From positions 23,394 through 87,393 of the forward strand of contig CACMYV010000003.1 in the NCBI GenBank assembly GCA_902617975.1: 64,000 nucleotides of DNA, given 5' to 3'. Shown here in pieces: positions 55,813-64,000 of this stretch. Source of the stretch: an uncultured Pelagibacteraceae bacterium. Its GTDB lineage: Bacteria > Pseudomonadota > Alphaproteobacteria > Pelagibacterales > Pelagibacteraceae. Under the pieces are notes generated by a model. It saw only the letters and a program-made list of their open reading frames with translations. It was not told the origin of the DNA and did no database searches. Within the stretch, counting starts at the first letter, position 1. Each line of letters starts with the position of its first letter. The position numbers and the translations under genes were made by a program.

Positions 55813-56698
55813 TAATATTCTTATTATTGGTTGCGGATTAATAGGCTCATCAATATTAAAGGCTTCAATACAAAAAAAAATTTCTAAAAATTTTTTTGTA
55901 TTTGAAAAGTCTAAAAAATATAGATCTATTATTAAAAAATTTAACAAAAAAATTAAATTTTTAACAAGGTTAGATAAAAATTTAAATAAAATTGATCTTG
56001 TGATTTTAAGCACTCCTATGAGTGAATATCCTAAATTTTTTTCGTCATTAAATAAAAATCTCAATCATAATTCAATTATAACTGACGTTGGTTCAACAAA
56101 AAAAAATCTAATTTCTTTAAAAAAAAAAAAATTATCAAAAAATCTTGATTGGGTGATGAGTCATCCTATCTCAGGATCCGAAGTTAGTGGGCCCAAATAT
56201 GGTAATGCTAATTTGTTCAAAAACAAGTGGTGCATAATAATAAAAGATAGAAATGTTCTAAAACAAAAAAAAGTAGAGAGATTTTGGAAATCTTTAGGAT
56301 CTAAAATAATTATTATGAACCCCGATGATCATGATAAAATTTTTTCAGTTACTAGCCACCTACCTCACTTGATTGCTTACAATTTAATAAAAACTGCTCA
56401 GGATTTTCAGAAAAAAAAGAATAAAAATTTGATTAAATTTAGTGCAGGTGGATTAAGAGATTTCTCAAGAATTGCTGCTTCCAACGAAATAATGTGGAGA
56501 GACATATTTTTCGAGAATAAAACTAATATGATTAAAGCAATAAATCTTTTTATGAAAAATTTAAAAGATTTTAAGAATAATATAAGTAAGAAAGAAAATT
56601 CAAAGATAATAAAAAAATTAATCAATTCGAAAGTAGTAAGAAAACAAATAATTTCTCAAAAACAAGATATTTCTAAACCTGATTTTGGTCGAGAGTAA
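55805..56698 (+). CDS. tyrA: Prephenate/cyclohexadienyl dehydrogenase (TyrA family)
   Basis: GCGLIGSS, DVGSTK, HPISGSE, SHLPH and GGLRDFSRIAAS motifs. Confidence 0.93.
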   Translation: MFNNILIIGCGLIGSSILKASIQKKISKNFFVFEKSKKYRSIIKKFNKKIKFLTRLDKNLNKIDLVILSTPMSEYPKFFSSLNKNLNHNSIITDVGSTKKNLISLKKKKLSKNLDWVMSHPISGSEVSGPKYGNANLFKNKWCIIIKDRNVLKQKKVERFWKSLGSKIIIMNPDDHDKIFSVTSHLPHLIAYNLIKTAQDFQKKKNKNLIKFSAGGLRDFSRIAASNEIMWRDIFFENKTNMIKAINLFMKNLKDFKNNISKKENSKIIKKLINSKVVRKQIISQKQDISKPDFGRE

Positions 56699-56699
56699 T

Positions 56700-57446
56700 T
56701 CAGATCCTTGTTACTTTCTTTACATCTAATTTCGCCGTTTCTTTAATTAGTTTTATCGCTTTTTTAATTGGCATTATGATCACTCTTTTTTTTGGACCAT
56801 AAGCGTGGATAAGATCATTTGTATTGATGCATATAGCAACATGTCCTTTCCAAAAAATAATATCACCTTTTTTAAATTTTTTTTTGTATCCCACACCTTT
56901 TTTTAATTTAACTTGATCAATCGTGTCTCTTGGAAAAAAATTATTATTAAATTTATAAAATATTTGCAATAGAGCTGAACAATCAATTCCTTTGAATGTT
57001 TTTCCACCCCATTTATATTTACAATTTAGAAAACTTTTAAATATCTTTACAAAATCAGAATTTTTTTTTTGGATTGGAAATATGTCTTTTGATCTTAGCC
57101 ATTTATCTTTCTTATACATAATGAAATTTTGATCCTTTTTTAAAATTTGTATTTTGCTCGTAAATGGTAAAAACTTTTTTGATTTCTTTTTTTTATTACC
57201 TAAATAAATTCTAGCTTTTAAAATTCCAACTTTGTGAGTTGGATTGAATTTTTCGTAGCTATCAATTTTTTTTATAAAGCCTGAATATTTGTCATATGAA
57301 GTTTTTATTTTAAAATAATTATTTTTTTTACTAATTATTTTGAAACTTTCACCGTAGATAAGTTGAGAGCTAACATTAGAGTTCTTCTTTGGTTCCTCTA
57401 ATATATCGACAAAAGGCTCTTTTGAAAAAAAACTATTTTGCACCAA
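56700..57446 (-). CDS. NlpC/P60 (C40) peptidase with an SH3-like N-terminus (YkfC/dipeptidyl peptidase VI-like)
   Basis: SQLIYGE, YKWGG..GIDCS, PRD, GHVAI and IHA motifs; no signal peptide. Confidence 0.88.
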   Translation of the reverse strand: MVQNSFFSKEPFVDILEEPKKNSNVSSQLIYGESFKIISKKNNYFKIKTSYDKYSGFIKKIDSYEKFNPTHKVGILKARIYLGNKKKKSKKFLPFTSKIQILKKDQNFIMYKKDKWLRSKDIFPIQKKNSDFVKIFKSFLNCKYKWGGKTFKGIDCSALLQIFYKFNNNFFPRDTIDQVKLKKGVGYKKKFKKGDIIFWKGHVAICINTNDLIHAYGPKKRVIIMPIKKAIKLIKETAKLDVKKVTRI

Positions 57447-58806
57447 TTTTAATTTTATTCCTTATAAACCATAAACAAATTAAGGATGGGATGACCATTA
57501 AAGTAGTAATTATAAAAAAGGTTCCCCAGTCTCCATTTAGCCAATCAACTAAAGCACCCGATGAAGAAGCAAGTGTCGTTCTTCCTGCAGTTCCAATTGA
57601 AGCTAGAAGTGCATACTGTGTAGCGGTATAAGTCCTATCCACTAAAAGAGAGATAAAGGCTACGAAAGCAACAGTTGCAAATGCTGCAGATATATCATCA
57701 GCGATAACCGCTAAAGCAAACAACCATTCAGATTTTCCTGACCACGCGAGAACAGCAAATAATAAATTTGTTGCTGCCATAAATCCACCAGCAACAAACA
57801 TTGTTTTTATTGTGCCAGCTCTCATAGCAAATATTCCACCTAATAATGTAAATACAACTGTCGTTATCCAGCCTAGAGTTTTAGAGTATATCGCTATTTC
57901 ACCTTTTGAAAATCCTACCTCTTTATAAAAAACTATGGACATTCTTCCAAGAAAGGCTTCTCCAATTTTAAAGAGAAAGACAAAGCCAAGGATTCCAACT
58001 GCAATTGAGAAACCATTTTTTTTGAAGAAACTAATTATTGGACCTCCTATTGTACCAGTAATATAAGCAACAAATTTTGTTATTACATTATTTGATCCAA
58101 GTTTTGATTGTATTATTTCGTCTGTTTCTTTTTGTTTGTTTTGCCTATCTGTTGTTATAGGCTCATGTATAAACATCAAACCTATATTCATCAGGATTAC
58201 CACAACACCAAGAACTAAAAAAGTAGTTTGCCAGTAATCTTCAATTCCAATGTTTTGAAAAAATTCGGCAGTAAACAATGCTATAACACCACCTAACTTA
58301 TATCCGGTCCACCATCCAACTACAGCCATAGCAGCACCTGCTGCCATAGATTTTCCTTCATCAGCATTAATTTGTTCGATTCTCAACGCATCAACTGTAA
58401 TATCTTGTGTAGCCGAAGCAATTGCTATAACTAATCCAACACTAATTAGTAACGCCAAATTTTCTGTAGGGTTAATAAAACTCCAAACAATTAAACTAAA
58501 TAAAATTATAATTTGCATAAGGACAATCCAGCCTCTTCGATGCCCTAATCTTTTTGTTAAAAATGGAATTTGTATTCTATCAATTATTGGTGCCCACAAA
58601 TAATTAAAGGCGTACACCCCAAATATTAAACCTGCCCATCCAATAGTTGATCTACTTAAACCTTCTTCTTTTAGCCAAAGGCTTAAACTGCTGGCAATTA
58701 AAACCCAAGGAAATCCACTAATTGCACCAAGAAGCAATATTCTTAGCATTCGAATATCCTTGTAAACTAAAATAGATTCTGACCAGGTTTGTTTTTTTTC
58801 AAACAT
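57433..58806 (-). CDS. ampG: AmpG-family muropeptide MFS permease
   Basis: LLGAISGFP, LWAPIID, ATQDITVDALRIE and TATQYALL motifs. Start moved to the ATG at 58806, TAATG-coupled to trkH. Confidence 0.9.
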   Translation of the reverse strand: MFEKKQTWSESILVYKDIRMLRILLLGAISGFPWVLIASSLSLWLKEEGLSRSTIGWAGLIFGVYAFNYLWAPIIDRIQIPFLTKRLGHRRGWIVLMQIIILFSLIVWSFINPTENLALLISVGLVIAIASATQDITVDALRIEQINADEGKSMAAGAAMAVVGWWTGYKLGGVIALFTAEFFQNIGIEDYWQTTFLVLGVVVILMNIGLMFIHEPITTDRQNKQKETDEIIQSKLGSNNVITKFVAYITGTIGGPIISFFKKNGFSIAVGILGFVFLFKIGEAFLGRMSIVFYKEVGFSKGEIAIYSKTLGWITTVVFTLLGGIFAMRAGTIKTMFVAGGFMAATNLLFAVLAWSGKSEWLFALAVIADDISAAFATVAFVAFISLLVDRTYTATQYALLASIGTAGRTTLASSSGALVDWLNGDWGTFFIITTLMVIPSLICLWFIRNKIKIGAK

Positions 58807-60254
58807 TAATATTTTCTCCAAAAAGATGGAATAAATAATACTAGAATTGCAAATAATTCCAACCTTCCAAGTATCATTGCAGCACTGAGAACCCATTTAG
58901 AAAAATCAGACAGGCTTGAAAAACTTCCGTTTGGACCAATAATATCACCTAAGCCTGGACCAACATTTGAAATTGACGTGGCAGCTGCTGAAATTGCAGT
59001 AATAAAATTTAATCCGTCAAGCGATAAAAGGGCAGTCACAACAAAAAATATTAATATATAAAGAAATATAAAAGAAATAATTGAGTCCATAAATTTTTCA
59101 TCCACATTATTATTTTGATATTTAATTTTGAAAATTCCTCGAGGGTAAATTATTTTTTTCAGCTGGTTTGATATGAATTGATACAAAATTTGAACTCTAA
59201 AAATCTTTATTCCGCAAGTTGTAGAGCCTGCACAGCCTCCAATGAACATTAAAATTATGAAGTATACTAGTGGAAATTGACCCCAATTACTAAAATTTTC
59301 TGTAGCATACCCTGTTCCAGTTAAAATAGAAATTATATTAAAGCTAACAGATAAAAAACTTATCTCAGTTAAGCTTTTATTTATAACAGATAAATAAAAA
59401 AACATTAAAAGAATTGAAATAACAACCAAAATTATAAAAGTTTTTATTTGTGTGTCTTTGAAAAATATTTTCTTATCTCCAGCCAAGTATTTGATGTAAC
59501 TAATAAAAGGTATACTTCCAAGAATAATAAATATTATTGCATTAATTTCTATTAACGAGCTGTTAAAATAACCTATAGATTCATTATAATTTGCAAAACC
59601 TCCAGTCGCTATTGTTGTCATAGCATGCACGATGCTATCAAAAAAACTCATCCCAAATATAAAATAAAAGAAAGCACAAGTTAAAGTTAATAAAGAATAT
59701 ATAGACAATAATCTCAAAGAAACTTCTTTAGTTTTAGGAAAAATTTTTTCAGAAGTATCATTAGATGAAATATTGAAAAGTTGCATACCCCCTATATTCA
59801 TTAAAGGCATTAAAGTGATTGCCATTACGATAATTCCAATACCACCAAACCACTGTAACATTCCTCTCCAAAGTAATATCGCTTTAGACGTTTCATTTAG
59901 ATTCGTGATAATCGTAGATCCTGTTGTTGTAATACCAGACATGCTCTCAAAAAACGCATCTGTAAAACTCAAATCCGTACTAGAAAAAATTAAAGGTAAA
60001 GAACCAAATATAGCAATACTTAACCACGAAAGTGCTGTGAGCAAAAAAGCTTGAGGTAAACTTATCTTTTTATCGTGATCATAATTAGAAATGAAAAATA
60101 AAAATCCAAAAACAATAGTAACAATCATTGATCCGATAAATCCTGCATCAATTTGATCAAATATTAATTGAACCAAAATAGGTACAATCATTGAAAGACC
60201 TAAAATAATTTGCAAAACCCCTAATGTAAAAAAGACAGTTTTATAATTGGACAT
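58806..60254 (-). CDS. trkH: Trk potassium uptake membrane protein
   Basis: FFESMSGITTTG, TGGF, GGCAGSTTCGIK, NVGPG and GRLE motifs. Confidence 0.95.
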   Translation of the reverse strand: MSNYKTVFFTLGVLQIILGLSMIVPILVQLIFDQIDAGFIGSMIVTIVFGFLFFISNYDHDKKISLPQAFLLTALSWLSIAIFGSLPLIFSSTDLSFTDAFFESMSGITTTGSTIITNLNETSKAILLWRGMLQWFGGIGIIVMAITLMPLMNIGGMQLFNISSNDTSEKIFPKTKEVSLRLLSIYSLLTLTCAFFYFIFGMSFFDSIVHAMTTIATGGFANYNESIGYFNSSLIEINAIIFIILGSIPFISYIKYLAGDKKIFFKDTQIKTFIILVVISILLMFFYLSVINKSLTEISFLSVSFNIISILTGTGYATENFSNWGQFPLVYFIILMFIGGCAGSTTCGIKIFRVQILYQFISNQLKKIIYPRGIFKIKYQNNNVDEKFMDSIISFIFLYILIFFVVTALLSLDGLNFITAISAAATSISNVGPGLGDIIGPNGSFSSLSDFSKWVLSAAMILGRLELFAILVLFIPSFWRKY

Positions 60255-60340
60255 TTTGAATGGACATTATTTTATGGTAAATAAATTTCAACTCTATATG
60301 AATTATTAAAAAGGCTGATATTAAGGATATTTAAGTAGTT

Positions 60341-61909
60341 GTGATAGACAAAACAAATTTTGACAAAACAAACGCCTGGCCATTTGTTGAGGCTAAAAAG
60401 CTATTAAGAGAGAGAAAATCGAACATAGAGAAAAAAAATAAAATAGTTTTACAAACTGGTTATGGTCCTAGTGGTCTACCACATATAGGTACATTTGGAG
60501 AAGTTGCAAGGACGACAATGATTGTCAACGCTCTTGATCATTTAACAGATATTCCAAAGGAAATTATTACATTTTCTGATGATATGGATGGTCTTAGAAA
60601 AGTACCTGAAAATGTTCCAAATCAAGAAAAGCTCAAAAATAATCTTCACAAACCTTTAACGGATGTCCCTGATCCATTTGAAAAGTTTAGTAGTTTTGGA
60701 GAACATAATAATAATATGTTGAAACAATTTCTTGATAATTTTAAATTTAAATATTCATTTAAAAGTTCTACAGAACTCTACAAGTCTGGTTATTTTAATG
60801 ACACCCTAAAATTAGTTCTAGAAAATTATGAAAAAATTATGGGAATAATTCTTCCAACTTTAGGCAAAGAAAGACAGAAAACCTATTCCCCCTTTTTACC
60901 AATATGCCCAGAAACTGGAAAAGTTCTTGAAATACCTGTTTTAGAAATTGATTCTAAATCTTCTAAAATCATATTTGATAATAATGGATCAAAATTGGAA
61001 AAAAGTATTTTAGACGGGAACTGCAAATTGCAATGGAAAGTTGATTGGGCAATGAGATGGTACGCTTTAGATGTTGATTTTGAAATGTATGGAAAGGATT
61101 TAATTGAAAGTGCAATTCTTTCAACTAAGATTATTAAAACATTAGGTAAATCTAACCCATCTGGTTTTGCGTATGAACTTTTTTTGGACGAAAAAGGTGA
61201 AAAAATATCTAAATCAAAAGGTAATGGAGTAACTATAGATGAATGGCTGAATTATGCATCTCCTCAAAGTCTATCTCTTTACATGTATCAAAATCCAAAA
61301 AGAGCAAAAAAATTGTACAGAGAAGTTGTTCCAAAAGCTGTTGATGAATATCTAGATTTTATAGAAAAAGGAAAAACTCAAAATGATTTACAGAAGTTAA
61401 TGAATCCAGTTTGGCATGTACATAATGGATCAATGCCAGAGGAAAATACAATTATGACTTTTTCAATGCTTTTAAATTTAGTTGAAACAAGTAATGCGGA
61501 CAGCAAACAATTACTTTGGAAATTTGTAAAAAAATACAAGTCAGAAATTAATGAAAATGATCATCCAATTTTTGATAATTTAATTGAATATGCAATAAAA
61601 TATTTCAATGATGTTATAAAAACAAAAAAAATTTACAAAACTCCAAATGAAAAAGAGAAAGTTGCACTGAAAGCATTAATTAAGTCTTTAGATAATTGTA
61701 ATGATAAAATGGCTCCTGAAGATATTCAGACAAATATTTTTACCGTAGGAAAAGAAAATGGTTATAAAGAAAATTTAAGAGAATGGTTTAAGCTTATCTA
61801 TGAGGTTGTATTTGGTGACGAAAATGGACCCAGAATGGGCTTCTTCATTAGTTTTTTTGGAGTAAATGAAACCAAAGAATTGATAAGAAAAAAGGTTGAA
61901 AATGTTTAA
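60341..61909 (+). CDS. lysS: Lysine--tRNA ligase, class I
   Basis: GPSGLPHIGT, DDMDGLRKVP, KISKSKGN and GPRMG motifs; GTG start. Confidence 0.96.
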   Translation: MIDKTNFDKTNAWPFVEAKKLLRERKSNIEKKNKIVLQTGYGPSGLPHIGTFGEVARTTMIVNALDHLTDIPKEIITFSDDMDGLRKVPENVPNQEKLKNNLHKPLTDVPDPFEKFSSFGEHNNNMLKQFLDNFKFKYSFKSSTELYKSGYFNDTLKLVLENYEKIMGIILPTLGKERQKTYSPFLPICPETGKVLEIPVLEIDSKSSKIIFDNNGSKLEKSILDGNCKLQWKVDWAMRWYALDVDFEMYGKDLIESAILSTKIIKTLGKSNPSGFAYELFLDEKGEKISKSKGNGVTIDEWLNYASPQSLSLYMYQNPKRAKKLYREVVPKAVDEYLDFIEKGKTQNDLQKLMNPVWHVHNGSMPEENTIMTFSMLLNLVETSNADSKQLLWKFVKKYKSEINENDHPIFDNLIEYAIKYFNDVIKTKKIYKTPNEKEKVALKALIKSLDNCNDKMAPEDIQTNIFTVGKENGYKENLREWFKLIYEVVFGDENGPRMGFFISFFGVNETKELIRKKVENV

Positions 61910-62942
61910 TCTTATAAGACCTTTTATATTTAAATTTAGCCCTGAAGTTGCTCACTCACTAGCAATAAAGGCTTTAAAGTTAAATCAGATACCAGCTATA
62001 GATAAAACAACCAGAGTTACTATCCAAACTAAATTTTTAAACAAAACCTTAAATTCTCCTCTAGGTGTAGCTGCTGGATTTGATAAAAATGCAGAAGTTT
62101 ACAATCCTCTATACAAACTAGGATTTGGTTTTGTTGAGGTAGGTACAATTACACCTAAACCACAAATAGGAAATCCGAAGCCAAGAGTGTTCAGATTGGA
62201 GGAAGATGAGGCTTTAATTAATAGACTTGGATTTAACAATATTGGATCAGAAGAAAGTAAAAAAAATATTGAAAATAATTCCCCTAATGGATTACTTGGT
62301 ATTAATATAGGACCTAATAAAGATACTGAAAACAGAGTTGAAGATTATTTAATTTGTTTCAGAAAATTTCATAATTTAGCAGACTATATTACAATTAATA
62401 TCTCTTCTCCTAACACAGAAAATTTAAGAAACTTTCACAAAAATGAAGAGTTAGATAATCTTTTAAAATGCATAAATGAAGAAAAGAAAAATTTAAATTC
62501 AAATGTGCCAATAGCAGTCAAAGTATCTCCTGATATTGATGAAAAAAGTATTGATGAAATCTCAGAACTTTTTTTAAAATATAATGTTAAAATAGTTATA
62601 GTTTCAAATACGACAGATAGAAATAGAGAAAATATATCTAATATAAATAAATTAGAGAAAGGTGGTTTGTCTGGAAAACCACTTGAAAATATCTCTAATG
62701 AATTGATTAATAAATTTTTTAAATTAGTTGGAAAAAAAATCTTAATAATTGGAGTTGGAGGCGTTGACTCTGCCGATGGCGTTTTTAATAAAATTGTAAG
62801 CGGTGCAACTCTTGTGCAATTGTATACAGGTATGGTTTATAAAGGACCAACTATTGCTTCAAAGATTAATAAAGATCTCGACGAAATTGTAAAAAGAGAA
62901 GGTTTTAAAAATATTTCTGAAGCTATTGGAACAAAAAATTAA
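61902..62942 (+). CDS. pyrD: Dihydroorotate dehydrogenase (quinone)
   Basis: AAGFDKN, NRLGFNN, NISSPNT, KVSPD and GGLSG motifs; the ATG at 61902 is the likelier start than the TTG at 61896. Confidence 0.96.
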   Translation: MFNLIRPFIFKFSPEVAHSLAIKALKLNQIPAIDKTTRVTIQTKFLNKTLNSPLGVAAGFDKNAEVYNPLYKLGFGFVEVGTITPKPQIGNPKPRVFRLEEDEALINRLGFNNIGSEESKKNIENNSPNGLLGINIGPNKDTENRVEDYLICFRKFHNLADYITINISSPNTENLRNFHKNEELDNLLKCINEEKKNLNSNVPIAVKVSPDIDEKSIDEISELFLKYNVKIVIVSNTTDRNRENISNINKLEKGGLSGKPLENISNELINKFFKLVGKKILIIGVGGVDSADGVFNKIVSGATLVQLYTGMVYKGPTIASKINKDLDEIVKREGFKNISEAIGTKN

Positions 62943-62944
62943 TC

Positions 62945-62973
62945 TTGACTGGTATTCTTTAAGACCATATACA
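62945..62973 (+). promoter_or_regulatory. Putative sigma70 promoter of rpmB (very short leader)
   Basis: TTGACT-17 nt-TATACA, ending 12 nt before the ATG at 62986. Confidence 0.55.
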
Positions 62974-62985
62974 TCTTGAAAATTT

Positions 62986-63267
62986 ATGTCTAAAAAATGC
63001 GAACTTACTGGTAAAATACCTCTAAAAGGCCATAATGTTAGTCACGCTAACAATAAAACTAAGAGAAGATTTCTTCCAAATTTAAAGAAAGTAAAATTTA
63101 AAAGTGAACTTTTAAAAAAATCTATGAGATTAACAGTTTCAAATGCAGGTGTTAGATCTGTAGATAAAAAAGGTAGCTTTGATAATTTCTTAAAATCTGC
63201 AAAATCAAGAGATTTATCGTTAAGATTAAAAAAGCTTAAAAAATCAATAATCGCAAAAACAGCATAA
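62986..63267 (+). CDS. rpmB: 50S ribosomal protein L28
   Basis: [24 protein letters not shown] motif. Confidence 0.97.
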   Translation: MSKKCELTGKIPLKGHNVSHANNKTKRRFLPNLKKVKFKSELLKKSMRLTVSNAGVRSVDKKGSFDNFLKSAKSRDLSLRLKKLKKSIIAKTA

Positions 63268-63815
63268 TGAATAAAGTTTTCCTTACTCTCTCATTTTTAA
63301 TGGGATTGGTTGTGCTGGCATCAAATTATTTAGTTCAATTTCCTATAAAATATTACGGTTTAGAGGAAATTTTAACTTACGGTGCTTTTAGTTATCCAAT
63401 TGCATTTTTAATTACAGATTTAGCCAACAGATCCTTTGGAAAATTAGTAGCTAGAAAAATTGTCTATATAGGCTTCACAATTGGAATTTTGTTTACTTTA
63501 ATATTTTCAACTAATTTTACTGATCTTATTTCTATAAGAATAGCAATTGGTTCAGGAACAGCTTTTATAATTGCTCAACTTTTAGATGTTCAGATATTTG
63601 ATCAATTAAGACAAAAAAAGTGGTTTATAGCACCTTTAACATCTTCTTTGATAGGTTCAACTGTTGATACTTTTTTATTTTTCTCAATATCATTCTATGG
63701 AACGGGAATTCCTTGGGTAACTTTATCGTTAGGAGATCTTGCGGTAAAAATATTTGTAGCTCTTGCAATGTTGATACCTTTTAGATTATTACTCGGCACA
63801 CTAAAAGCAGCATAA
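63267..63815 (+). CDS. yhhQ: Queuosine precursor transporter (YhhQ/Vut_1 family)
   Basis: LASNYLVQ, YPIAFLITD, AQLLDV and VDTFLFF motifs; ~6 TM segments. Confidence 0.85.
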   Translation: MNKVFLTLSFLMGLVVLASNYLVQFPIKYYGLEEILTYGAFSYPIAFLITDLANRSFGKLVARKIVYIGFTIGILFTLIFSTNFTDLISIRIAIGSGTAFIIAQLLDVQIFDQLRQKKWFIAPLTSSLIGSTVDTFLFFSISFYGTGIPWVTLSLGDLAVKIFVALAMLIPFRLLLGTLKAA

Positions 63816-64000
63816 CTAAATTTTAGGTTCTTGTTGGGTCATGCAATGTATTGCGCCAAATCCCCATATCAATTTGCTACAGTCAACTGTTTCGATTTTT
63901 CTATTTCTAAAGTAATTTTTGAAAATTTTAATTGCAATATTGTCTTCTTTTACTTTGAATATTGGAAGAATTATTTTTTTATTACAAATATAAAAATTCA
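63816..64000 (-). CDS. Agmatine deiminase-family protein, 3' end only (runs off the window)
   Basis: Not in the ORF track. Manual translation gives NFYICNKKIILPIF...LIWGFGAIHCMTQQEPKI*, the GxxHCxTQQxP catalytic-Cys C-terminus. Confidence 0.85.
   Translation of the reverse strand, partial: NFYICNKKIILPIFKVKEDNIAIKIFKNYFRNRKIETVDCSKLIWGFGAIHCMTQQEPKI

Noticed and set aside
58807-58896. 30-aa N-terminal extension of AmpG
   Set aside because: It overlaps the trkH 3' end; the TAATG coupling at 58806 gives the natural start.

Overview
AT-rich, gene-dense chromosomal segment from a SAR11 (Pelagibacterales) alphaproteobacterium. The assignment rests on a DmdA closely resembling the Ca. Pelagibacter ubique protein as I recall it, the ffh leader RNA, a SAM-II riboswitch before metX, a class I LysRS and minimal intergenic spacers. 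Contents in order: a TRAP transporter (DctQ and an unusually extended DctM); a minus-strand three-gene operon (GGT-like Ntn-hydrolase, oxalate-CoA ligase-like enzyme, PanE-like reductase); MFS, DMT and hydrolase genes; ftsY-dapF; a ~25 kb co-oriented run ffh-rpsP-trmD-rplS-leuCDB-dmdCBA-asd-sdhCDAB-mmsA-mdh-sucCDAB-lpdA; priA-atpHAGDC; metXW-gloB; rplU-rpmA-obg-proBA-nadD-rsfS-ctpA-rppH; hisC-tyrA; trkH-ampG-NlpC/P60; lysS-pyrD; rpmB-yhhQ; and the 3' end of an agmatine deiminase-family gene. I saw no tRNA, rRNA, CRISPR array or mobile element. Best leads: (1) a candidate oxamate -> oxalate -> oxalyl-CoA -> glyoxylate pathway operon; (2) a succinate dehydrogenase anchor lacking both canonical heme-b ligand histidines; (3) a SAM-II riboswitch with a non-canonical expression platform (uORF, U8 tract, anti-aptamer strand); (4) a DctM with a ~330 aa Cys-bracketed helical tail. 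All functional calls come from motif recognition and recalled family knowledge; no database search was run.
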